Positions 8,222 to 16,156 of a DNA stretch of 49,954 bases are shown piece after piece; within the stretch, counting starts at the first letter, position 1; the number at the start of each line of letters is the position of its first letter. Below the pieces are notes generated by a model, which saw nothing but the letters and a program-made list of their open reading frames with translations, was not told where the DNA came from and ran no database searches. Position numbers and translations under genes: made by a program. Source of the DNA: Candidatus Woesearchaeota archaeon (GTDB lineage: Archaea > Nanobdellota > Nanobdellia > Woesearchaeales > JAGVYU01); NCBI GenBank assembly GCA_018303105.1, contig JAGVYU010000019.1, positions 1 to 49,954 of the forward strand. Direction: 5' to 3'.

Positions 8222-8356
8222 ATGGAAACCGTAACGATTCCCAAGGAGGAATATGAATACCTGAAGCGCCTCGAGCTAATCGCACAGGAGGATCTGGCAC
8301 TGAGCATCAAGCGGGGGTTAAAGGACGCTGCGGAAGGAAGAATTCGTGAGCGTTAA
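8222..8356 (+). CDS. small antitoxin-like protein (Phd/YefM/StbD-like C-terminal pattern, tentative)
   Basis: The TATA atttatatat (8191-8200) lies 22 nt upstream of the ATG. The 44-aa product is METVTIPKEEYEYLKRLELIAQEDLALSIKRGLKDAAEGRIRER. It is convergent with the RelE-like gene and overlaps it by 4 nt. Confidence 0.45.
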   Translation: METVTIPKEEYEYLKRLELIAQEDLALSIKRGLKDAAEGRIRER

Positions 8357-8658
8357 ATGTTTTTCTTAATAATCTCCTTGTAGAAGTCTAAGTCTTTCTT
8401 AATGCGGTCAATGGTTTCTTGCTGCGCTTTTTTGTCACTGACTGTAATAAGCAGAACAGTATCAATATCCTCGTAGACGAGGTAATAGACACGATATTTT
8501 CCAAGTTTTTTCTCTCTGAAAAAAGGATATCCCAGCGGCTTTCCCACCAGAGGACTTTCTTTCAGCTGCGCAATAATCGCCGCGATCTGTTCCTGATAGT
8601 CTTTTGGAAGAAGCCGTTCCCACGCATCAAACTCTCGAGTGGACAATACTCTTGTCAT
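8353..8658 (-). CDS. RelE/ParE-family type II toxin
   Basis: …LKESPLVGKPLGYPFFREKKLGKYRVYYLVYEDIDTVLLITVSDKK… is the typical RelE/StbE core pattern. Confidence 0.7.
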   Translation of the reverse strand: MTRVLSTREFDAWERLLPKDYQEQIAAIIAQLKESPLVGKPLGYPFFREKKLGKYRVYYLVYEDIDTVLLITVSDKKAQQETIDRIKKDLDFYKEIIKKNI

Positions 8659-8706
8659 ACGGCTTCTTTGAAATTTCTTTCCTTATATACCTATCGATAG
8701 ACAATA

Positions 8707-8724
8707 AACGCCACCGCCAGGATT
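8707..8724. repeat. tRNA-3'-end-like direct repeat S2 (aacgccaccgccaggatt)
   Basis: It lies 10 nt from the tRNA-Ser 3' end and is a direct copy of S3. Confidence 0.6.
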
Positions 8725-8735
8725 ACTCAAAAAAA

Positions 8736-8819
8736 CGCCGCGACCCGGATTTGAACCGGGATATCCTTGCGGAAAGCGGCTCTCAAGGCCGCCGCAATAC
8801 CAGATTATGCGATCGCGGC
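8736..8819 (-). tRNA. tRNA-Ser(UGA), intron-less
   Basis: Acceptor stem GCCGCGA/TCGCGGC with discriminator G. Anticodon arm GCGGC-CTTGAGA-GCCGC. Long variable arm (TCC-GCAA-GGA). T-arm CCCGG-TTCAAAT-CCGGG. Confidence 0.9.
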
Positions 8820-8843
8820 ATATTGTGCCAAAGTTACCGCAAG

Positions 8844-8850
8844 TTTAAAA
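8844..8850 (-). promoter_or_regulatory. TATA box for tRNA-Ser
   Basis: The minus strand reads cTTTTAAAc about 25 nt upstream of the tRNA 5' end. Confidence 0.45.
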
Positions 8851-8967
8851 GATTTGTGTATGCGTTTCATGCGTAGATCATACGAACCACATATCCTCTT
8901 TGATATCCAAGTTCTATCCTATACTTTCCAAAACCACAAACTTTATATATAACCTATTTGCAAATAA

Positions 8968-9015
8968 AATCAACATATTGTATCCATTGACATAAATAGG
9001 TACAAGATGTTGTAT
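8968..9015 (+). promoter_or_regulatory. two NrdR-box-like operators (8968-8983 and 9000-9015) flanking a TATA-like cataaata
   Basis: Box 1 is aatCAACATATTGTAT and box 2 is gtaCAAGATGTTGTAT. Their centres are 32 bp apart. By eye they match the bacterial NrdR consensus acaCwAtATaTwGtgt at 12/16 and 11/16 positions. They sit directly upstream of nrdD. Confidence 0.45.
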
Positions 9016-9100
9016 TGTTTACCACGGCGAAAGAGTACTGTGCATTAACAATCGTTGAGCAAGCGAAGTAGAGAGAGTGCTCAAAAAAAGAGGGAATTCA

Positions 9101-11107
9101 ATGTTGAACGGAGACTACAGCACCCATATAACTAAAATACGCAAGCGCGATGGCAGAATCGTTGAATTCGAAAAAGCACGCATAACGAACGCGATCTTTA
9201 AGGCGGCGCAGGCTGTTGGCGGCCATGACAGGCAGCGCGCGGAAGAATTAGCCCAAAAGGTTGTTGCAATTCTTGAATATCAATACAGCCCCGATAAAAT
9301 CCCCACAGTAGAGCAGGTGCAGGATCTCGTAGAGAGCGTGCTCATGAAGATGGGGCACGCGAAAACCGCGAAAGCCTATATCCTTTACAGGGAGCAGCAC
9401 CAGAAGCTCAGGGAGGACAAAGCAGTCGTTAATTACGTTGAAGGCATGGTCGACGGCTATCTCAAGCAAAAAGACTGGCGAGTGAATGAGAACTCAAATG
9501 TGAATTACTCCTTCTCGGGATTGCTTCTGCACACCGCAGGCTCGCTTACGGCGCATTACACGCTTAATAATGTCTACCCCCCGGAAATAAGCGACGCGCA
9601 TAGGCGGGGGGATTTTCACCTCCATGATTTAAGCATGGGAATCATCGGCTATTGCGCGGGCTGGTCAATTCGCCAGATTGTGCATGAGGGATTTAATGGT
9701 GTGCCCGGAAAAACTGACTCGAGACCCGCGAAGCATCTGAATGCGGTTACGTGGCAGCTCATCAACTTCATTGGAACGCTCCAGAATGAATGGGCAGGCG
9801 CGCAGGCGTTCTCTTCATTTGATACGTACCTCGCGCCTTTCGTTAGAGTAGAGAACCTCTCGTATGATGATGTCAAGCAGGCGATTCAGGGTTTCATTTT
9901 TAATATGAACATTTCGAGCAGGTGGGGTGGGCAAACACCATTCTCAAACATCACGTTAGACTGGATGTGCCCGGAAGATATGAGAAAGCAAAAAGCTGTT
10001 GTAGGCGGTGAAACGCTTGACTTCACGTACGGCGATTGTCAGAAGGAGATGGACATGATCAACCAGGCATTCATTGAAGTGATGACGACGGGGGATGCGA
10101 AGGGCCGCGTGTTTACGTTTCCGATCCCGACATATAACATCACAAAGGATTTTGACTGGGAGCATCCGAACGCAAAATTGCTGTTTGAGATGACGGCAAA
10201 GTACGGCATTCCGTATTTCCAGAATTTTGTAAACAGCTCATTGATTCCTTCGGATGTGAGGTCGATGTGCTGCAGGCTGCGTATGGATCTGCGTGAGCTG
10301 AGAGCGCGAGGAGGGGGATTGTTCGGTTCTGGAGAAATGACGGGCTCCGTAGGAGTTGTAACCATTAATCTTCCTCGCATAGGGTATTTCTCGAAAACAA
10401 AGGAAGAATTTTTTGATCGGCTTGGAAACATCATGGATCTCGGAAAACAGGCGCTTGAGATCAAGCGAAAGCTTGTCCAGCATAACATGGACAACGGATT
10501 GCTGCCGTTCTCGAAGCGCTATCTCGTGAATCTCCATAACCATTTCAACACGATAGGATTGAACGGCATGAATGAGGCGATTATGAACTTCCTAGGGAAG
10601 GATGTTACGATTGCGCAGCCTGAAGGCAAGGCGTTCGGGATTGAAGTGCTTAATTTCATGCGTGACAGGCTTTCAAAATATCAAGAGGAAACAGGACATC
10701 TCTTTAATCTGGAAGCGACTCCTGCTGAAGGTGTGAGCCATAGGTTTGCGAGGATTGACAAGAAGAAATATCCCGACATTATCACGCAAGGTGAGAAAGA
10801 TCCCTATTATACAAACTCAACGCATCTTCCCGTAAGCCATACCGAAGATCTCTTCGAAGCGCTTCAGCACCAGGATGAGCTGCAGGTGTTGTACACGGGC
10901 GGAACTGTCTTGCATGGGTTTTTGGGAGAGCGCATTGATGATTGGCGGGTTGCTCGGGAGCTTGTGAAAAAGGTCGCGTATAATTTCAAGCTTCCCTACT
11001 TCACGCTCACTCCGACATTCAGCGTCTGCCCGGAGCATGGCTATATCGCGGGTGAGCATTTCACGTGTCCTCATCACATTGAGATGGAAAAAGAGGTGAC
11101 CACATGA
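9101..11107 (+). CDS. nrdD: anaerobic ribonucleoside-triphosphate reductase (class III), main body with N-terminal ATP-cone
   Basis: ATP-cone segment (ITKIRKRDGRIVEFEKARITNAIFKA…). NrdD core segments (…NSNVNYSFSGL…, …SMCCRLRMDL…GGGLFGSGEMTGSVGVVTINLPR…). C-terminal PYFTLTPTFSVCPEHGYIAGEHFTCP. I prefer the ATG at 9101, which follows agaggg, over the tracked GTG at 9077. Confidence 0.9.
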   Translation: MLNGDYSTHITKIRKRDGRIVEFEKARITNAIFKAAQAVGGHDRQRAEELAQKVVAILEYQYSPDKIPTVEQVQDLVESVLMKMGHAKTAKAYILYREQHQKLREDKAVVNYVEGMVDGYLKQKDWRVNENSNVNYSFSGLLLHTAGSLTAHYTLNNVYPPEISDAHRRGDFHLHDLSMGIIGYCAGWSIRQIVHEGFNGVPGKTDSRPAKHLNAVTWQLINFIGTLQNEWAGAQAFSSFDTYLAPFVRVENLSYDDVKQAIQGFIFNMNISSRWGGQTPFSNITLDWMCPEDMRKQKAVVGGETLDFTYGDCQKEMDMINQAFIEVMTTGDAKGRVFTFPIPTYNITKDFDWEHPNAKLLFEMTAKYGIPYFQNFVNSSLIPSDVRSMCCRLRMDLRELRARGGGLFGSGEMTGSVGVVTINLPRIGYFSKTKEEFFDRLGNIMDLGKQALEIKRKLVQHNMDNGLLPFSKRYLVNLHNHFNTIGLNGMNEAIMNFLGKDVTIAQPEGKAFGIEVLNFMRDRLSKYQEETGHLFNLEATPAEGVSHRFARIDKKKYPDIITQGEKDPYYTNSTHLPVSHTEDLFEALQHQDELQVLYTGGTVLHGFLGERIDDWRVARELVKKVAYNFKLPYFTLTPTFSVCPEHGYIAGEHFTCPHHIEMEKEVTT

Positions 11108-11229
11108 GCGAATGCAGCAAAGACTGCGAAGTGTACAGCCGAGTCGTGGGCTATTTCAGGCCTGTGCAAAACTGGAACGCTGGAAAACAGCAGGAATTCA
11201 AGGATCGTGTTGAGTATACCAAATTATAA
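11104..11229 (+). CDS. nrdD: 41-codon ORF encoding the NrdD C-terminal glycyl-radical segment
   Basis: MSECSKDCEVYSRVVGYFRPVQNWNAGKQQEFKDRVEYTKL carries the RVVGY glycyl-radical motif. Its ATG overlaps the nrdD stop (ATGA), and its TAA overlaps the nrdG ATG (TAATG). Confidence 0.7.
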   Translation: MSECSKDCEVYSRVVGYFRPVQNWNAGKQQEFKDRVEYTKL

Positions 11230-11918
11230 TGCTACCCATCCGAGGAGTGCAGAAGCTGAGTTTAGTAGATTATCCGGGGCATTTATGCAGCGTCGTGTTT
11301 GTTTCCGGCTGTAATCTGCGCTGCGGCTATTGCCACAATCCAAGTTTGGTGCATCCTGATCCGGCACAGCCGTGCATTCCCGAAGACGAGGTTTTTTCTC
11401 TGCTTCTTGCTCGGAAGCAGTATGTTGAAGGTGTTTGCATTACAGGCGGCGAGCCGTTGCTTTATCCGGAAATCATCGCATTTTTGCAGCGGTTAAAATC
11501 CGCAGGATTTCTTGTCAAACTTGACACGAACGGATTTCATCCCGAGTTGCTGAAACGAATTCTTGACGCAGTGGACTATGTTGCGGTTGATGTGAAGACA
11601 TCGCTGGCAAAATACGTCGAGCTCACGGGAGCCACGGCGCTGCAGAAGTTCAAAGACAGTGTCGCGCTGCTCATGCACTCCGGAGTTGAATATGAATTCA
11701 GGACAACGGCAGTGCCAGAGTTTTTTACGAAGGACGACGCGGAACAGATCGCAAACCTCATCCGCGGAGCGAAGCACTATTACATCCAGCAGTTCTCAAA
11801 CAGAGGTCCATTATTAAATCCGCAGTTTGAGCTCAAAGAGCCGTATTCTAGGGAGCATTTGGAGAGGATGAAGACATTTATGGAAGCATTTGTGCAGCGT
11901 GTTGAGGTGAGGGGGTAA
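11229..11918 (+). CDS. nrdG: anaerobic ribonucleotide reductase activating protein (radical SAM)
   Basis: CNLRCGYCHN cluster motif, GGEPLL motif, and its position directly after nrdD. Confidence 0.85.
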   Translation: MLPIRGVQKLSLVDYPGHLCSVVFVSGCNLRCGYCHNPSLVHPDPAQPCIPEDEVFSLLLARKQYVEGVCITGGEPLLYPEIIAFLQRLKSAGFLVKLDTNGFHPELLKRILDAVDYVAVDVKTSLAKYVELTGATALQKFKDSVALLMHSGVEYEFRTTAVPEFFTKDDAEQIANLIRGAKHYYIQQFSNRGPLLNPQFELKEPYSREHLERMKTFMEAFVQRVEVRG

Positions 11919-11966
11919 TGAGGCGCACCCTGCCGTTTTATAAACTCAGAATTAACTACGATCATC

Positions 11967-12518
11967 ATGGTGTATCTCATCGAAGCACGACGGCCTTTGA
12001 ATTTGGCGTCTTTGGGAGACGTTGTGGTGGATGCTCTTGAAGCGTTGAACCGGGATAGGAGAACCGATTTCAAGAGAATTCCCGGATTCGTTTGGCCAAG
12101 ACTACTTGACTCAAATGAGGACTATGATGAGTATGCAATAGGGAGGTTTGAGCACGGTTATGATCCTGCATTGAAAATGTATAGAAATGTTGACTCTGTG
12201 CTTGCGTATGAATTAAAGTCCATGAGAGGCCCATTCAGTGAGGAATTGGCTTGCCACCTGATTCAAGAGGGGATAAGACCTTCCCTGGCGGTTGTACCCG
12301 GGTTAGGAGATACGTGTCCCGTGCTGGAGCACGGGGATTTGTATGTGAATCCGACTGCTGATAGAAAATTCAACAGCTATGAAGTGGCTAGAATGATGCA
12401 GGCCTTGATTCCCGAGATTGATCAAATATGGTGCTGTTGGACCAGAGGCGAGGCAGGCGTTGAATTGCGGATCGTTCAAAAAGACGATCTGCCTGAATTG
12501 AGTGTTATAGGAGGATAG
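11967..12518 (+). CDS. hypothetical protein
   Basis: 183-aa ORF. The TATA ttttataaa (11935-11943) lies 24 nt upstream of the ATG. Confidence 0.5.
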   Translation: MVYLIEARRPLNLASLGDVVVDALEALNRDRRTDFKRIPGFVWPRLLDSNEDYDEYAIGRFEHGYDPALKMYRNVDSVLAYELKSMRGPFSEELACHLIQEGIRPSLAVVPGLGDTCPVLEHGDLYVNPTADRKFNSYEVARMMQALIPEIDQIWCCWTRGEAGVELRIVQKDDLPELSVIGG

Positions 12519-12570
12519 CATTCATCGCTTCTTATTTGGCTGCTACATCACTATTCAGAAATAAACTAAC

Positions 12571-12876
12571 TCAAGCAACCAACCTTTCAATCCCTTCCTT
12601 TCTCCTCACTTCAGGCATTTCCCTTCGACCACCAAGGAGAGTCATAGACGCTGTCCTCGTTTCGGCAAGCCCTTCCCGTTGCAGGCTTGCGATTCTCCGA
12701 CTGAGCCGGTATTGAGTAACTCCTGGATATTGTAATTGCAAAAGATAGCCCAGCCGCTCCAAAATGCCTATACGTGAATAGCCGAGCGATTCATTCAGGC
12801 GATGCCTGACTATTCTGGGATCCTCTCATTCCGACTGGAGCGCCGAATATACTTGATCCAAGGAGACGTAGACCAT
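12571..12876 (-). pseudogene. small winged-helix DNA-binding protein, frame interrupted by one in-frame TGA
   Basis: The frame reads ATG 12876 MVYVSLDQVYSALQSE-TGA-EDPRIVRHRLNESLGYSRIGILERLGYLLQLQYPGVTQYRLSRRIASLQREGLAETRT… and has an HTH-like pattern. The tracked ORF (12571-12762) starts at a TTG inside the predicted domain. Confidence 0.3.
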
Positions 12877-12983
12877 ACGGCGATTGAATGCATGTATCTT
12901 ATAGGCATTTCCATAAACAACCCAGGTGTTACATCTCTTTCAGTTTAGATATTTTTATAAATCCCAGCACGGCAGGTAAGACT

Positions 12984-13466
12984 ATGCCCTCTTTAGACGA
13001 TCTCGAAACGGTTACCAAATATGTTGTGTACACCTTGCAAGAAAAAGTGGCGATGATGGAGCATGACAGTCCGGCATGTGGAGCAACAGAACTCATAGAA
13101 CTCATATATAGCCGAGGAGGCAGTCCTGTGCTGTTTTTTTCGTCGCCTGAGGAACGAGAGCATGCGATATCCTCAAGGCGCGATGATATTCTGAGAGCAT
13201 TCCCCTGTTTCAAGCCTGGGATGACGTATTACCATGAGGAAGGACTGATTGGACGCTTAGCGGACTATGTCTTCGGGCATGAGCTTACGATCGTCCATGA
13301 ACTGGGCGTCAGGGAATTAAGCTCGGAACAGGCGCAGCACATACTTTCCCGAATCAACCTTGCGGATTTCAGAAACATAGATGATATCATGAACGAAATC
13401 GCCGAAGAGGCTCAGAAGCACTATGATGCTTTTCAGCAGCACTGGGCTTCATTTGGTCGCCATTAA
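12984..13466 (+). CDS. hypothetical protein
   Basis: The TATA tttttataaa (12951-12960) lies 24 nt upstream of ATG 12984 (MPSLDDLETV…). Confidence 0.5.
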   Translation: MPSLDDLETVTKYVVYTLQEKVAMMEHDSPACGATELIELIYSRGGSPVLFFSSPEEREHAISSRRDDILRAFPCFKPGMTYYHEEGLIGRLADYVFGHELTIVHELGVRELSSEQAQHILSRINLADFRNIDDIMNEIAEEAQKHYDAFQQHWASFGRH

Positions 13467-13645
13467 CTCACTAAAATCTGCACGTCTTGAATCTCAATAT
13501 TACTCCTTTTAAACGAAGCAAAATACCAGAGTTTTTCTCCAAAATTTTCGGGAACCCTTCAACTTTGACGTTCTTACTATGCTACACTATGATGGTGGCT
13601 GCAGGATCAACGCAATCCTTAAATACCGACACGCAGCATGCACAT

Positions 13646-15322
13646 ATGATGCTACTGAATAAAAAAAAGACCGGAGTACTCCTCCTGCTTGTTGCCGTGC
13701 TGCTGCTTCTCGCATTTACTGTGCCTGCATTGTCAAAGCCTTTCATGATTGACGAATTCGTATTCACAATACCTGCAGAGCATCTGCTCAATGGTGAACT
13801 GCCCTACCTCGACCTTGGCGTATTAGATCAGGGCAAACTCATGCTCGTTCATCCTCCACTGTACATCTACACATTGGCAGCTCAGTTTTATGTGTTTGGA
13901 GTAAGTGAACTCTCAGCCCGGAGTCTTGGTCTCGTTTTTTCGTTACTCACCATTGGCATGGTTTTCCTGCTGTCATTGACCGTGTTTGCTCAACACGCAA
14001 ACAAATATGCTATCGCGGGAATGGCAAGCCTGCTGTACGCAATAAATCCCTTCGCGATCCAAAGCGCTCTCCTCATTGACATCGATGGGACGGTGCTCAC
14101 ATTTTGCATGGTGCTCTTCCTCTTTCTCTATACGGAACTTGCCCCGGGCATGACACGTACGCTGTGTCTCGGAATCCTATTGGGAGTCGTTTCTTGGATA
14201 AAGTTTCAAGGCGTTTTTTTTCTCGGCGCCGCGATCCTCGTCCATGCGTGCATTGATGGATTCAGGGCGCGCAGGGTTGCCGCAGCAGTTTTTCCCGTCG
14301 TGGCGATGGGAGCGATCGGCATCGCGTCATTTATTGGCACCTGGTATACGTACACGAGCGTGCTTGATGTCTCCTTTTGGCTCCCCTTTGATCATAATCT
14401 CAAATTTTTAAGCGCGGAGAACAGTGCTTCCCTGCTTGCGAATGTTGCATTCTTCCTTTGGAGCATAAAAAATATCATACTGTGGATTATGCCCGCTGCC
14501 GCCGTACTCCTGTGCATCGCCTTATATGATTTTGTGAGGAAAACTGCTAATCAGAAATTCGGCTATGAGCGCCTCCTATGGATTTATTGTATCACAATTA
14601 CAGCATTCTTTGTCCTCATTCAGCATTCCGCGTATGGGTTTCCAAAATATTTCATTCCCATGCTGCCCGTGGCTATGATACTCGTGAGCAGATTATTAGT
14701 ATCATCGCTTCTTCCCATGCGTCGCATTCCATACTCCGCTATCGCCGTTTCCGCGCTTGCCGTCATCGTCCTATCGCTCGTTGTGATTAAGGACCCCTTT
14801 CTGGCCCATAATTTCTTTTTTACGCACACAATCAGTTTTGAGTCGGACCTCTCACGATACCTCTTTGAAAACCTTAAAGGCTTAAGTGTGGCTCTCCCGC
14901 TGATCGTGGCGTTTGGCGTATTCCTCGCGTTTAGGCACGCAACGTACAAAGCCCTGTTGCTCGCATGCTGGGTAGTGCTTATCGTATCAAGCCTAATCCT
15001 GAATGGAATTCAGCTTACAGCCACGTACTCGACAACATACGCGTATGGGCAGCAGGGAGTAATGGACACTGCACGATTTGTCCAGGACATCACATCTCCG
15101 AATGAGATTATTATTGCTCCCCAAAGCATCGCATACTATGCTAATCGGAGCTTTGCAATGTCATACCCTTCGGATCATCGGTTTAAGGATGCGCTTCCAG
15201 CCGTATATGCAAATCCAAGCGTCCGTGTCATCGTGACGTCACCTTCAGATACGTTTAGGATACCTCCCTCTTTTGAGTTACAGCGGCGCATCGGCCATTT
15301 TACCGTGTATAAGAAAGCGTAG
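13646..15322 (+). CDS. polytopic membrane glycosyltransferase, GT-C fold (ArnT / PMT_2-like)
   Basis: At least 12 hydrophobic segments. The N-terminus MMLLNKKKTGVLLLLVA…PFMIDEFVF… is typical of ArnT/PMT-like enzymes. The start is chosen at 13646, 22-25 nt after ccttaaatacc. Confidence 0.55.
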   Translation: MMLLNKKKTGVLLLLVAVLLLLAFTVPALSKPFMIDEFVFTIPAEHLLNGELPYLDLGVLDQGKLMLVHPPLYIYTLAAQFYVFGVSELSARSLGLVFSLLTIGMVFLLSLTVFAQHANKYAIAGMASLLYAINPFAIQSALLIDIDGTVLTFCMVLFLFLYTELAPGMTRTLCLGILLGVVSWIKFQGVFFLGAAILVHACIDGFRARRVAAAVFPVVAMGAIGIASFIGTWYTYTSVLDVSFWLPFDHNLKFLSAENSASLLANVAFFLWSIKNIILWIMPAAAVLLCIALYDFVRKTANQKFGYERLLWIYCITITAFFVLIQHSAYGFPKYFIPMLPVAMILVSRLLVSSLLPMRRIPYSAIAVSALAVIVLSLVVIKDPFLAHNFFFTHTISFESDLSRYLFENLKGLSVALPLIVAFGVFLAFRHATYKALLLACWVVLIVSSLILNGIQLTATYSTTYAYGQQGVMDTARFVQDITSPNEIIIAPQSIAYYANRSFAMSYPSDHRFKDALPAVYANPSVRVIVTSPSDTFRIPPSFELQRRIGHFTVYKKA

Positions 15323-15387
15323 CGCATGCGGATCAGGAAACCTTATAAAGACAAGGAATACCAAATAGGCAGAAAATAGGTGTTGTG

Positions 15388-16101
15388 ATGGAAAAAAAAC
15401 CAAAAGTTGCTGTGATTATTCCCGTATACAATGAAGAAAAGTCAATCGAGAGGGTTGTCCGTGACGCTGACCGACATTTTTCAAAACACTATGACCATTA
15501 TGATATCTTGGTTGTGAACGATGCGAGTACGGACTCTACGCTTAAAATTCTCAACGGCTTGAAGAAAGAAATCAAGAATCTGAAAGTCTACACAAACAAG
15601 AAGAACATGGGAAAAACGCAGACCGTTATGCGCGGCTTCGCACTCACAAATGCGGATATTATATCGTTTATAGACGCAGATTACCAGTATGATCCGAAAG
15701 ATCTCGTCGCGGTCATTGCAAAAGTCCGGGAGGGGTATGATATCTGCAGCGGAAAGCGAAAAAACAGGCATGACACAATCTACCGGAAAATCCTTTCCAA
15801 GGGCTTCAATCTTTTCAACAGAGCTATGTTCGGAATCAAAATCAGCGATGTGAACTGTGGCCTTAAGGCGTTTAAGAGGGGAACCATGGACAAGATTAAA
15901 TTAAAATATCTCAAGGCGCCCTGGTTTATTGACACGGAAACGCTGGCAAAGGCATACAAGCAGCATCTGAAAATAACGGAAGTGGACATCAGCCATTATC
16001 ACCGGACAACAGGAAAATCAAAGATTAAAACGTACGCGCTCGTCACGGAAACGCTTTTCTACGGGCTGTTGCTGAAACGTGACCTGATGCGCAAGAACTA
16101 A
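15388..16101 (+). CDS. GT2 family glycosyltransferase (dolichyl-phosphate sugar synthase-like)
   Basis: VAVIIPVYNEE…ILVVNDASTDST…FIDADYQYDP are GT-A/GT2 motifs. An aggtg Shine-Dalgarno site lies upstream. Confidence 0.75.
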   Translation: MEKKPKVAVIIPVYNEEKSIERVVRDADRHFSKHYDHYDILVVNDASTDSTLKILNGLKKEIKNLKVYTNKKNMGKTQTVMRGFALTNADIISFIDADYQYDPKDLVAVIAKVREGYDICSGKRKNRHDTIYRKILSKGFNLFNRAMFGIKISDVNCGLKAFKRGTMDKIKLKYLKAPWFIDTETLAKAYKQHLKITEVDISHYHRTTGKSKIKTYALVTETLFYGLLLKRDLMRKN

Positions 16102-16156
16102 TATCGTGATCATGCATTCAACACAAGGAGCGGAATGACCTAAGCATGTCTAAATG

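Noticed and set aside
8969-9100. Riboswitch (for example cobalamin) in the nrdD leader
   Set aside because: No B12-box or other conserved riboswitch core is recognisable in the roughly 80-nt leader. Only a weak 5-bp hairpin is present.
12571-12880. Possible decayed tyrosine recombinase/integrase fragment (HRLNES…, and IQELLNTGS in another frame)
   Set aside because: The resemblance to box II (HxLRH…LLGH…Y) needs frame-hopping and many substitutions. The in-frame reading fits a small winged-helix protein (GVTQYRLSRRIASLQREGL) better. No tRNA or att repeat is adjacent.
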